From Gammaproteobacteria bacterium (GTDB lineage Bacteria; Pseudomonadota; Gammaproteobacteria; Pseudomonadales; Azotimanducaceae), in assembly GCA_026707905.1 (NCBI GenBank), contig JAPOVY010000104.1:3413-67412 (forward strand): 64,000 nt of DNA, in the 5' to 3' direction. The position numbers were made by a program, and so were the translations under genes. This document shows, in pieces, positions 33,356 to 41,782 of this stretch; the stretch's first letter is position 1, and the number at the start of each line of letters is the position of its first letter. The notes beneath the pieces were generated by a model that was not told where the DNA came from, searched no databases, and worked only from the letters and a program-made list of their open reading frames with translations.

Positions 33356-33483
33356 TCAGTAATATTTTCTAATATCACTAACAACTTGAGTTTTTAGTCG
33401 ATTGTCATAAGATTTCTAGTGTAAATGGGCGGCCATGTAGGCTCCCATACAGCGAAGCAGTCAGAATCAAGGGAAGGGTTCGA

Positions 33484-33678
33484 ATGCTCATCTTAACTCG
33501 ACGGGTCGGCGAGTCCGTCCGCATCGGCAACGACATCAAAATCTCAGTGCTCAACGTCCGCAAGAATCAAGTGCGGATCGGATTCGAAGCACCAGGTGAT
33601 CGTCCCGTTTATCGTGAAGAAATCTGGGAAAAGAAGCATCAGGATGCGGACGACACGGAAATGGACACCGTTGCCTAG
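33484..33678 (+). CDS. csrA: Carbon storage regulator CsrA/RsmA
   Basis: 64 aa starting [37 protein letters not shown], the hallmark CsrA sequence. Confidence 0.93.
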   Translation: MLILTRRVGESVRIGNDIKISVLNVRKNQVRIGFEAPGDRPVYREEIWEKKHQDADDTEMDTVA

Positions 33679-33753
33679 TCAACCACACACCACTTAACAG
33701 TTCGTCTCGCTATCATTTGCCCTCGACGGTAAATACTGCGTGTCGATTCAAGA

Positions 33754-33830
33754 GCACCAGTGGCCAAATTGGATAAGGCACTAGTCTACGAAACTAGCGA
33801 CTACAGGTTCGAATCCTGTCTGGTGCGCCA
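33754..33830 (+). tRNA. tRNA-Arg (anticodon ACG)
   Basis: Folded by hand: acceptor GCACCAG/CTGGTGC, anticodon stem CTAGT/ACTAG with loop CTACGAA, T arm ACAGG-TTCGAAT-CCTGT, discriminator G, encoded CCA. Total 77 nt. The D stem has one A-A mismatch. Confidence 0.85.
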
Positions 33831-33831
33831 T

Positions 33832-33920
33832 GGAGAGGTGGCCGAGAGGTCGAAGGCGCTCCCCTGCTAAGGGAGTATAGGTATCCCCTATCGAGGGTTC
33901 GAATCCCTCCCTCTCCGCCA
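33832..33920 (+). tRNA. tRNA-Ser (anticodon GCU)
   Basis: Acceptor GGAGAGG/CCTCTCC, 3-bp D stem, anticodon stem CTCCC/GGGAG with loop CTGCTAA, long variable arm (ATAGG/CCTAT), T arm GAGGG-TTCGAAT-CCCTC, encoded CCA. Total 89 nt. Confidence 0.88.
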
Positions 33921-34120
33921 GTTTACATCGGGTGTGTACCGGGCACATGGTTTACACTTTTTCCCCGTCTGATTCTCCCGTGCCTGAATTAGGTAAGTCG
34001 AGTTTCTAAGTATGGAACGCGACAAATTTTGGTGTGATAAGACAAATCAGAATTGGTATGGCATCTATTTAATTACGGGCGTTTCTTCCTCACAAGGCTA
34101 TTGAACTGGAGCGAATTGCC

Positions 34121-34600
34121 ATGACTATATCTATCAAATACGGTCTGCTACTCGGTGTCATTGTTGCTGCCTTCGGTTTCCTTCTAGGTCTGTTAGGGCT
34201 CCACACTAACCAGATGGCACCTTTTGGATTCGTCATTGTCGCGATCATCGTCAATCTGGTGATCGTGGTTTTGGCGGTGCGTCGACTAGCGTCGACTTCT
34301 ACTTGGGTTCAACAGCTAGTGAATGGGCTAGTTCTCGGTACGGTCGCGGCTGTAATCGTTTTCCTTAGTTCGTGGCTTATGACCGCTATTGTCATCCCGG
34401 ACTATTACGCCGAATTTGCGGAAGCCGCACGTGTAAGGGCAGTAGCGGGCGGTCTGACTGCTGACGAAATCGAAGCTGCGGTTGCGATGGCTACAGGTAC
34501 GTCCGTAGGTTCTGCGTTTCAAGGTGCTCTTGGTACCGTTATTACGAGCGTTGTGGTTGCTGGGATTGCTGGAATGTTCAATCGCACTGGTAGGAGTTGA
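34121..34600 (+). CDS. Small polytopic membrane protein (possibly DUF4199-like)
   Basis: 159 aa with four hydrophobic segments (GLLLGVIVAAFGFLLGLLGL, FGFVIVAIIVNLVIVVLAV, ...). The family call is tentative. Confidence 0.5.
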   Translation: MTISIKYGLLLGVIVAAFGFLLGLLGLHTNQMAPFGFVIVAIIVNLVIVVLAVRRLASTSTWVQQLVNGLVLGTVAAVIVFLSSWLMTAIVIPDYYAEFAEAARVRAVAGGLTADEIEAAVAMATGTSVGSAFQGALGTVITSVVVAGIAGMFNRTGRS

Positions 34601-34678
34601 AGGCGGTGAGTGATGGAACCGATGGTTGATGCGTTTGAACTCACTCTTGTAATCGGCGCGCCACATTTCATATGGTTG

Positions 34679-35062
34679 CTACAGGTGCTGTAACGGGGTA
34701 CGTTCGCGGTTGTAGCAGAGCCGTTTTCGATGGTTCACAAGGCCGTGGCGATCGAGCACGGCATGCGCCGTGCTGGTGGTCAGCGATTTGATCGTAGCGT
34801 AATCCTGTATCAGCTTTTCCTGCTGTTTCGGTGTGCTGTAGGTCGGATGATCATGCCTAAGTTGCACGATTGTGCGCTCGATCTGGAACGCGATCTGGTG
34901 AGCATGCTCATACGGTCGACGCGAGTGGTTCTGAAGGCCGCTGGGCTTGTATCGATTGAAGTTCTTGTACCCCATCACGAGCGAAATGCGGAACTTGCGA
35001 CAGAGCGGTGCCAACTTCTAACCCTCGAGGAGACGAGGTAGGAAGTCAAGACGTTCGTCCAT
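34679..35062 (-). pseudogene. Relic of an rve/IS481-type transposase (N-terminal HTH part only, in-frame TAG)
   Basis: The minus-strand reading from ATG 35062 gives MDERLDFLPRLLEG-TAG(35020-35018)-KLAPLCRKFRISLVMGYKNFNRYK...SRRPYEHAHQ...IVQLRHDHPTY...STAHAVLDRHGLV. This matches the conserved N-terminus of this transposase group. It stops after about 125 codons with no DDE/rve core. Confidence 0.7.
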
Positions 35063-35284
35063 CGGTGTACTCTCGTTCTAGGTCATCGGGACACTCCTAA
35101 ATGCCAAATTGTGTAAACCATGTCTCCGGTATAAAACGTAAGGTACGTGTCGAGTACGACATTGAGGGGGAGGAACACGAAATCGTTCGTCCACCGAATC
35201 GAAGTCTTAATGCGGATTTCAGTTTGTTCTGCACGAAGCGCTTTAACGAAATCATCGATTCATAAAGAGTGAATAAGAAGGAGG

Positions 35285-36061
35285 TTGGGGATAAATCCGA
35301 CTTCATCCGCCGACGAGACGGCAGATCCTGCGAGTTCGGCGGTAACGCCTCATTCTTTAGGAAAGACCTTATTTCTTCATCTGGTACCCGGCGTCGCGAA
35401 CATAGTTGCGACGGTAGTGGGATTAGCCGTGCTTTGGAATCCGTCGTTACCGCCCGAACTTGTCTACGGAGTATTCACGAATGTCTTTGTTCTAATTCCG
35501 ATTCAATTTGGTTATCTCTACTATCTAGCTAAAAAAAACAACAATCCAGGATGGTCGCTCAAAGGTATTGTTGTATACACTCGACCACTCTCCTGGATTC
35601 GTTACTTAATATGGATCCCAGCGATCTTAATTCCGACTGCGTTCATCTTCATCGTTCTTGAGTCTCTGACACAATGGCTCGAGACTCTCTCGATTGGTAT
35701 CAACATCTTTTCAAAATACCAAATGACAGCGACTTCCGATGTCGCGTTTATCGTTGTCATAGCGCATATCTCGCTTTCTGGCATCCTTGTACCGAAAAGT
35801 GAGGAGCTCTACTTCCGCGGCTTTTTGCTCCCGAGAATGCCGAAAGAGTTCGGCCGCTTCAAACCTGTTGCCCATAGCTTCCTATTCGCCGTGTACCACT
35901 TTGACACGCCTTGGATGATTCCTGTGCGCACGATCGGAATCTTGCCTCTCATTTTCACTACGATACATACACGGAGCGTCCGTCCGGCGATATTTGCACA
36001 TTGTTCGGTTAATCTCGCGAACTTTCTCGACGCCGCTTCGAAGCGTATTGGCACCCCGTGA
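35285..36061 (+). CDS. CPBP-family intramembrane glutamic endopeptidase (CAAX protease/Abi)
   Basis: Polytopic membrane protein with SEELYFRGFLLPR, FAVYHF and a distal H (IFAHCSVN), the CPBP motifs. The start is uncertain because TTG 35285 directly abuts the AAGGAGG at 35278-35284. Confidence 0.78.
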   Translation: MGINPTSSADETADPASSAVTPHSLGKTLFLHLVPGVANIVATVVGLAVLWNPSLPPELVYGVFTNVFVLIPIQFGYLYYLAKKNNNPGWSLKGIVVYTRPLSWIRYLIWIPAILIPTAFIFIVLESLTQWLETLSIGINIFSKYQMTATSDVAFIVVIAHISLSGILVPKSEELYFRGFLLPRMPKEFGRFKPVAHSFLFAVYHFDTPWMIPVRTIGILPLIFTTIHTRSVRPAIFAHCSVNLANFLDAASKRIGTP

Positions 36062-36220
36062 TTAATTCAATAAGGACTTCGTTTGAAAAGGGTATCTACG
36101 TTTACGGGTGTCCGAGTATGGCTTAGCAATGTTCAGAAAGCAGCTTGAAGCTCGTCTTCGCAATCGCAAAATTCGAAAGGAAATTCGAGCAGACAACGCG
36201 AACTACAGAGACTGACCTCA

Positions 36221-36790
36221 TTGATCGGTGACCGTATTCATGTCCTTGGTAATAGCGCATCAGGCAAAAGCGCGCTTGGGAAACGGCTAGCTCTGATTCT
36301 TGATGCGGACTTCGTAGAGCTCGACGCTCTTAACTGGCTTCCCGATTGGGTTGGCTTGAATGCGACAGATCCCGATGAGTTAACTCGTCGCTTCGAGACA
36401 GCGACCGACAGCGATAAGTGGGTCGTTGCGGGGTCTTACACGAAATTTGCTAAACGAACTTTTTGGTCGCGACTTGACACCGTGATTTGGTTGGATTTAC
36501 CGGTGCCGATTCTTCTGTGGCGAGTGGTTCGTCGATCGTGGCGTCGATGGCGTTCAAGAGAATTGTTGTGGGGAACAAATGTCGAACGATTTTGGCCGCA
36601 ACTCGCCTTTTGGCGGGGAGACGATTCGCTGATCTATTGGATCATCAGCGCACAGCGAGGCAAACGGGAATCTATGCTAATGGCAATGGCAGACCCTCGT
36701 TGGCGAAAGATTCGCTTTATCCGATTAACATCTACGCGGGAAATCGAAACGTTCGTAACGACAGTCGAGAAGGCAATGAGCGACGTGTAG
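36221..36790 (+). CDS. P-loop NTPase, adenylate-kinase-like (topology-modulation-protein-like)
   Basis: 189 aa with Walker A VLGNSASGKSALGKRLA at the N-terminus. Size and layout match small AAA/adenylate-kinase-related proteins. TTG start. Confidence 0.6.
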   Translation: MIGDRIHVLGNSASGKSALGKRLALILDADFVELDALNWLPDWVGLNATDPDELTRRFETATDSDKWVVAGSYTKFAKRTFWSRLDTVIWLDLPVPILLWRVVRRSWRRWRSRELLWGTNVERFWPQLAFWRGDDSLIYWIISAQRGKRESMLMAMADPRWRKIRFIRLTSTREIETFVTTVEKAMSDV

Positions 36791-36856
36791 TAAAAATCCT
36801 CCAGTTTTGTCTTTCGTTAGATCCGTATGTACAGATCGTACTGACCTAATTCCGAT

Positions 36857-38299
36857 CTAACGACACTCGAAACTTGAAGGCGCACGGTCGTCACCTCCTA
36901 TGTAGTGAGTCTTCTCAGGATAAGCACACAGAGGACGTGCGCCACTCTCATCCGCAAATGCGGCGGTCAGCTCGTCCGGCGCGAGATCCGTATCTACCCA
37001 TCTATCGATGACATCCAAGTAGTCAACCATCCAAGGGCCAGGACCACCAGCACAGTGCAGTACACCTGGCATCAAGAAGAGTCGCACATCGTCTCGTGCA
37101 GCAGAATCATGGTTATAGACTGCGTCCACGTACTCAATCGTAGCTAATGCTGATAGTGCGGAATCAGACCAGCCATGATAGAAAAGGAGTTTGCCGCCAG
37201 CATTTCGAAACTCGTCTAGATTCGGAGCCTTCGCGCTCAGCACGGACTCGACAGCGGCAACACGCTCTCGATAGCCGTCGAAAGTAAATCCCTCGTAGCT
37301 CCAATCTGGATCGTGATAAACCATATAGCGCATGAGGTCGACACCGAAACCGAACGCAGCGGACGGCGGCGCACCTTCCGCTAATTGTCCAACGCCTGCT
37401 AACCAAGCGCCCCAGCCACCGTCTTCATCCTCGCCCCCGAATGGCCAGCCGTGGAATACCGGACCGTTAGCGTTTTGTGGACCTTCGTAAACAGCCCGGA
37501 TCGCAGCAATCTTTTCAGGCGGTAAATCCAAGCTACCCGGTTCAAACTCGCATTCTCGCGGATCGTTCATGATTCCATCTTCGAGACCGTCGAGTGCGTC
37601 GCATTGAGCGAGCACAGCATTTGCTAGTATCGAGCGATCCTCTGACGATAGAAGTGGCGTCGAGAGTTCCGTCATACTCGGGTACATATGCTGCGTTACG
37701 TTCACGAACGCGGCTGCGACGCCACCGAAATCGAACGCCGGAGCACCGGCGATGATGCCATCGAAGTCGCTTGGATAGCGTTGAGAGAACGCCATCGCTT
37801 GACGTCCGCCGTTCGAACAACCAGCGAAATAGTTTCGTTCAGGCCACTCACCGTAGTGGGACTTCGTAATGTGCTTGGCTGTCTCCGTCACTCGATGAAT
37901 CGCAACGTGTCCATAGTTCACGATGCGCTCTAGATTGTGCAATGCCCACGAACCGTCGATACCGTTAGCTTGGTGTCCCGTATCAGTTCCAGCGGTGGCG
38001 TAACCTCGCTGTAACGCGCCTAATGCCAGTGCCTGATTCTGTATCGAGCCTACGAAACCGCCACCTCCGCCCATGACGAATTTGCCATTCCAATTCTCAG
38101 GTAGCCAAACGGAAAAACCTATTTCACGCCCTAGTCTACCGGTTAACTTACAGTGTGGTACAGGTTCCTTGAGTGCTTCGACCTCTTCGACTGTAAGATC
38201 AGGTAGTGCGATGTCGTCTATGTTTGCACATACGTCCGATTCGGAAGCGCTAGCGCCGATGGTTGCTATTACGATGATGCATGTGCACAGTCGTCGCAT
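36857..38299 (-). CDS. Tannase/feruloyl-esterase-family alpha/beta hydrolase, secreted
   Basis: 480 aa with a signal peptide and the family signature YFAGCSNGGRQAMAFSQRYPSDFDGIIAGAPAFDF. Multiple Cys residues are consistent with the disulfide-rich lid of this family. Confidence 0.8.
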   Translation of the reverse strand: MRRLCTCIIVIATIGASASESDVCANIDDIALPDLTVEEVEALKEPVPHCKLTGRLGREIGFSVWLPENWNGKFVMGGGGGFVGSIQNQALALGALQRGYATAGTDTGHQANGIDGSWALHNLERIVNYGHVAIHRVTETAKHITKSHYGEWPERNYFAGCSNGGRQAMAFSQRYPSDFDGIIAGAPAFDFGGVAAAFVNVTQHMYPSMTELSTPLLSSEDRSILANAVLAQCDALDGLEDGIMNDPRECEFEPGSLDLPPEKIAAIRAVYEGPQNANGPVFHGWPFGGEDEDGGWGAWLAGVGQLAEGAPPSAAFGFGVDLMRYMVYHDPDWSYEGFTFDGYRERVAAVESVLSAKAPNLDEFRNAGGKLLFYHGWSDSALSALATIEYVDAVYNHDSAARDDVRLFLMPGVLHCAGGPGPWMVDYLDVIDRWVDTDLAPDELTAAFADESGARPLCAYPEKTHYIGGDDRAPSSFECR

Positions 38300-38493
38300 A
38301 AAAGACTCTCGGGTCTGAAGCTAATGGTTGTTGATGTTACAGACTGAACAACGATTAGATAGGAATGTCCCCGCGTAAGGAGTTTCTGACAGGATTCGTC
38401 AAATGCGTCGCACTTGCGGTTATATCTGCCGCAGGTATTTATTCGTGACGTGGCTCGATCGTACGCTCGTTTGTGACAGATGAAGCGTTTGGT

Positions 38494-38730
38494 CTACTTG
38501 CGCGATTTCGCATTGACAATAGGTTTTATCCACCCTAAGTACACATACACCACGACCAATACGATGACGGCGACTATTCCTGCATTGCCATACATCGGAC
38601 TAACCTGAAGACCCAAAAACAGTGAAAACGAAAATCCAATATAGAGAAGCGCAATCGTGAGTACGTGCCCGAGAATCCTCATCAACACTTTAGCCCATTT
38701 ACTTCGCATTGCTAGTCCGCTGCCGTTCAA
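38494..38730 (-). CDS. Small membrane protein (2 TM), hypothetical
   Basis: 78-aa ORF with two strongly hydrophobic segments (HVLTIALLYIGFSFSLFLGL, AGIVAVIVLVVVYVYLGW). No family recognised. Confidence 0.4.
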   Translation of the reverse strand: MNGSGLAMRSKWAKVLMRILGHVLTIALLYIGFSFSLFLGLQVSPMYGNAGIVAVIVLVVVYVYLGWIKPIVNAKSRK

Positions 38731-38848
38731 TCCTTTGTACGTTTTGACACAGAAGAAGCCGCACTAATTCCCAAATCATGTGCGACGGCAAGACCGAGCT
38801 ATGTCGTTATTTGGATTCTTAGAAATATTGGTCGACGTGACGCACTAT

Positions 38849-39994
38849 CTAGTGGAACAGGTTAGTGAAGGAAGGTTTCTCATTGCTGGTTCTCGATTCC
38901 CTAAGACATTGGATGAGAACCGGTATCCCATCTTGGATGTCCTCGTCCGGAACGTGGCCAAATGCGAGACGGAGATAAGGTATTTGCTTCGAATGGATAT
39001 GAAAGTTCGCGCCTGAAGCGTAAAAGAATCCACGTTCTGCGGTAATCCTTTTGAGTTTCTCCTGATCAACGTCGTCGGGGAAACGCACCCAAACGAACAA
39101 ACCACCTGACGGATTAGATGAGACACAAATCCCATCAGCTGCGTCGCGTATACCTTCGACGACAAGGTTCTTCTTCACCTTGAGCGACTCGTTTAACTCG
39201 TCAGTTAGTGTCCAGAGACCGTGCTTGTAAAGTTGTGCAACTACTGCAGCTGCTAGATAGTTACCGCCACCATCGTGTCGTCGAGCAAGAATCGTCTCCA
39301 GCAATTTCGGTTGAGCGTAGATGTACCCTAAGCGCATGCCGGGTGCAAGGATCTTGGATAGTGAGCACATATAGATGATGTTCTCATAGTCGCTCAACGC
39401 GTATAGTGAACGTGGTTTTTCGCCATCATAATGGACATCGCCATAGCAGTTGTCCTCAATGATCGGAATACTTCGCGATGCTGCGATTTCAATCAACTGG
39501 TGCCGACGTTCAAGGGATAAATTAGTACCTGTTGGGTTTTGGTAAGTCGTTAGTGCGTAAATAAACTTCGGTTTTCGAGCTTCCCCAAGTTCGTCCAATT
39601 TCGCCTCCAGTTGATCCACACGCATCCCATCTTCGTCTACAGGCAATCCGACCATATCAATACCAAGCGTCCGATATGCACCGATGGTCCCTGAATAGGT
39701 GAGTTCCTCGCAGATGACGGTGTCACCGGGTTGGGTGAGCGCTTCAGCTGAAAGCGTGACGGCTTGCATGGACCCGTTCAAGAGGGTGATTAGCTCTGGA
39801 TCGACTGCGACCCCTTCTCGTTCCGATTCTCGAGCAGCCATAACATCGCGTAACCCAGCGTGACCCAATTTGCCTGGATATGTTGTGAGTTGAGCGAACT
39901 CGTCACCGATCGCTGTCATGGCTGCTTTTTGGACCTGTTCGATAGGAAACGTCGCCGGATTAGTCTGTCCTACAGCAAAGTCGAATTTCCGCAT
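38849..39994 (-). CDS. Class I/II PLP-dependent aminotransferase
   Basis: 381 aa with YQNPTG and CSLSKILAPGMRLGY (PLP lysine), in the fold-type I aminotransferase pattern. Confidence 0.8.
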   Translation of the reverse strand: MRKFDFAVGQTNPATFPIEQVQKAAMTAIGDEFAQLTTYPGKLGHAGLRDVMAARESEREGVAVDPELITLLNGSMQAVTLSAEALTQPGDTVICEELTYSGTIGAYRTLGIDMVGLPVDEDGMRVDQLEAKLDELGEARKPKFIYALTTYQNPTGTNLSLERRHQLIEIAASRSIPIIEDNCYGDVHYDGEKPRSLYALSDYENIIYMCSLSKILAPGMRLGYIYAQPKLLETILARRHDGGGNYLAAAVVAQLYKHGLWTLTDELNESLKVKKNLVVEGIRDAADGICVSSNPSGGLFVWVRFPDDVDQEKLKRITAERGFFYASGANFHIHSKQIPYLRLAFGHVPDEDIQDGIPVLIQCLRESRTSNEKPSFTNLFH

Positions 39995-40045
39995 CGTTTA
40001 TCTTCCGAGAATCGAAGAGAGGGTGTATATTGAATAGATCACGTA

Positions 40046-41722
40046 TTACCGGTACTGCGTTGTAAGTCGTAGTCCGAAGTTCCTAGTTGCCAAAATCGCC
40101 GTCGGTATCAAACCTACAACGATGATGAAGACGCATGCGGTTGAAGCTTCTGCAATTCTCTCATCCGATGCCAGACGATAAGCGCGCGTCGCCAATGTTT
40201 CGAAATTGAACGGGCGAAGTATTAACGTCGCAGGCAGCTCTTTCACAACGTCGACAAATACGAGCAGCATGCCCGTTAATATCGCGGGTAAAAGCAACGG
40301 CAAGTGGATTTGGCGTAATAGCTTCAACGGTTTAGCGCCTAGACTTCGAGCAGCGTCATCGTAATTAGGATGGATTCGCGCCATTCCGCTTTCGATACTG
40401 TTGAATGCGATCGTTAGAAAACGGGCTAGATACACGAAAACGAGCGCTGCAACACTTCCTGTCATGATTAAGCCGATGTTTGTATCAAACAAGGACTGAA
40501 TCCAATTTGCGACCGCTTTGTCGATTGCGGTTAATGGGCCGATCACTCCTACTGCTAAGACCATACCCGGGATCGCATAGCCGAGGGTCGCGGTACGAAC
40601 ACCAAGTCGCATTAGGGGTCGTTCCCCGCGTAGTCTTAGCGAATATATCAAGCACACTGCGCAGATCGCGGTAAGAATGGCGGCAATGGATGCGACGCTC
40701 ACGCTGTTAAAGACGAATGAGATGAAGTCTGCGCCGAATGTGGGATCACCAGTGTGAAAGGCATGCATTGTGAGTAACGCTGCCGGTAGTACGAGTCCGA
40801 AAGACAACGGTAGAGCACAACATACGAATGCAAGAATCGCTCGCCAACCTGTAAGGTTCGAGCGTAATGCCGGTGCGTTTCGGCTAAGTGGATTTACATG
40901 TAAGCCACGTCGCGCCAATTGTTCGAACACTACAAGCAATACAACGATAAGAAACAGCCATCCGGCGAGCTGCATAGCTGCTTGATGCTCCCCCATGGCG
41001 TACCACGTCCTAAAAATCCCGTTCGTTAACGTCTGTACTCCGTAAAAATCGACGACCCCAAAATCCGCTGCTGATTCCATTAACACCAACGCCAAGCCAC
41101 CGGCGATCGCAGGTCGCGAATGGGGTAGTGTGATCTTCCAAAACATGCGACGAGTGCTCGCCCCGAGCGTTCGTCCTGCTTCAGTTAGAGATCCGGCTTG
41201 CTGCGCAAATGCGTTATATGCCAATAGATAGATATAGGGGTACAACGTGAAACTAAGGACAAACGCGGCACCGAAAAGTGAGCGAATCGGAGGTAAACTG
41301 AGATCAAAAACGTCGTACTCGCGCAACCAGACTTGAATCGGATTTGAATACGAGAACATATCCGCATAGGCGTAAGCGACAACGTACGCGGGTGCTGCCA
41401 ACGGTAGAATCAGAGTCCATGCAAATAGTCGACGTGCAGGAAAGTCCTTAGTAGCCGTTAGCCAGGCACAGCCAACGCCTACTACAGCGCTCAGAACTGC
41501 AACGCAAGCAAGAAGCGCGATCGTATTAATTACGTACTCAAAGAATACGGTTTCGCGTAGGTGAGTCCATACGTCCGATGTCGGCGATATCAGCGACAAT
41601 AAGATCGCCACAATCGGCATAGCGATTGGTAATGCGATGGCGACAGTGATAAGTGACCAGACGGAAGGTAAACGTGTTTTACCCGATGCCGCCCGAGTCA
41701 GGCCGTGGATGCGGACTGCCAT
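40046..41722 (-). CDS. fbpB: Iron(III) ABC transporter permease (fused double permease, FbpB/HitB type)
   Basis: 558 aa with two tandem MetI-like permease halves and about 12 TM segments. It is adjacent to the FbpC- and FbpA-like genes. Confidence 0.85.
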   Translation of the reverse strand: MAVRIHGLTRAASGKTRLPSVWSLITVAIALPIAMPIVAILLSLISPTSDVWTHLRETVFFEYVINTIALLACVAVLSAVVGVGCAWLTATKDFPARRLFAWTLILPLAAPAYVVAYAYADMFSYSNPIQVWLREYDVFDLSLPPIRSLFGAAFVLSFTLYPYIYLLAYNAFAQQAGSLTEAGRTLGASTRRMFWKITLPHSRPAIAGGLALVLMESAADFGVVDFYGVQTLTNGIFRTWYAMGEHQAAMQLAGWLFLIVVLLVVFEQLARRGLHVNPLSRNAPALRSNLTGWRAILAFVCCALPLSFGLVLPAALLTMHAFHTGDPTFGADFISFVFNSVSVASIAAILTAICAVCLIYSLRLRGERPLMRLGVRTATLGYAIPGMVLAVGVIGPLTAIDKAVANWIQSLFDTNIGLIMTGSVAALVFVYLARFLTIAFNSIESGMARIHPNYDDAARSLGAKPLKLLRQIHLPLLLPAILTGMLLVFVDVVKELPATLILRPFNFETLATRAYRLASDERIAEASTACVFIIVVGLIPTAILATRNFGLRLTTQYR

Positions 41723-41782
41723 GCAGATGCATTCTAAGTACAGATCTGCGACCTGTGGATCTCTACGAACAGGCGCAATTCG

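Noticed and set aside
33921-34120. Direct repeats GTTTACA / GGTTTACAC just after tRNA-Ser as possible att-site remnants, and a weak stem plus TTTTT (about 33930-33962) as a tRNA-operon terminator.
   Set aside because: The repeats are only 7-8 nt long and I could not find a copy of the tRNA-Ser 3' end further downstream. The stem is only about 5 bp, so neither is convincing.
36129-36215. 28-codon basic ORF (MFRKQLEARLRNRKIRKEIRADNANYRD) just upstream of the P-loop kinase gene.
   Set aside because: It is very short, has no SD and no recognisable family. It is indistinguishable from a chance ORF without comparative or expression data.
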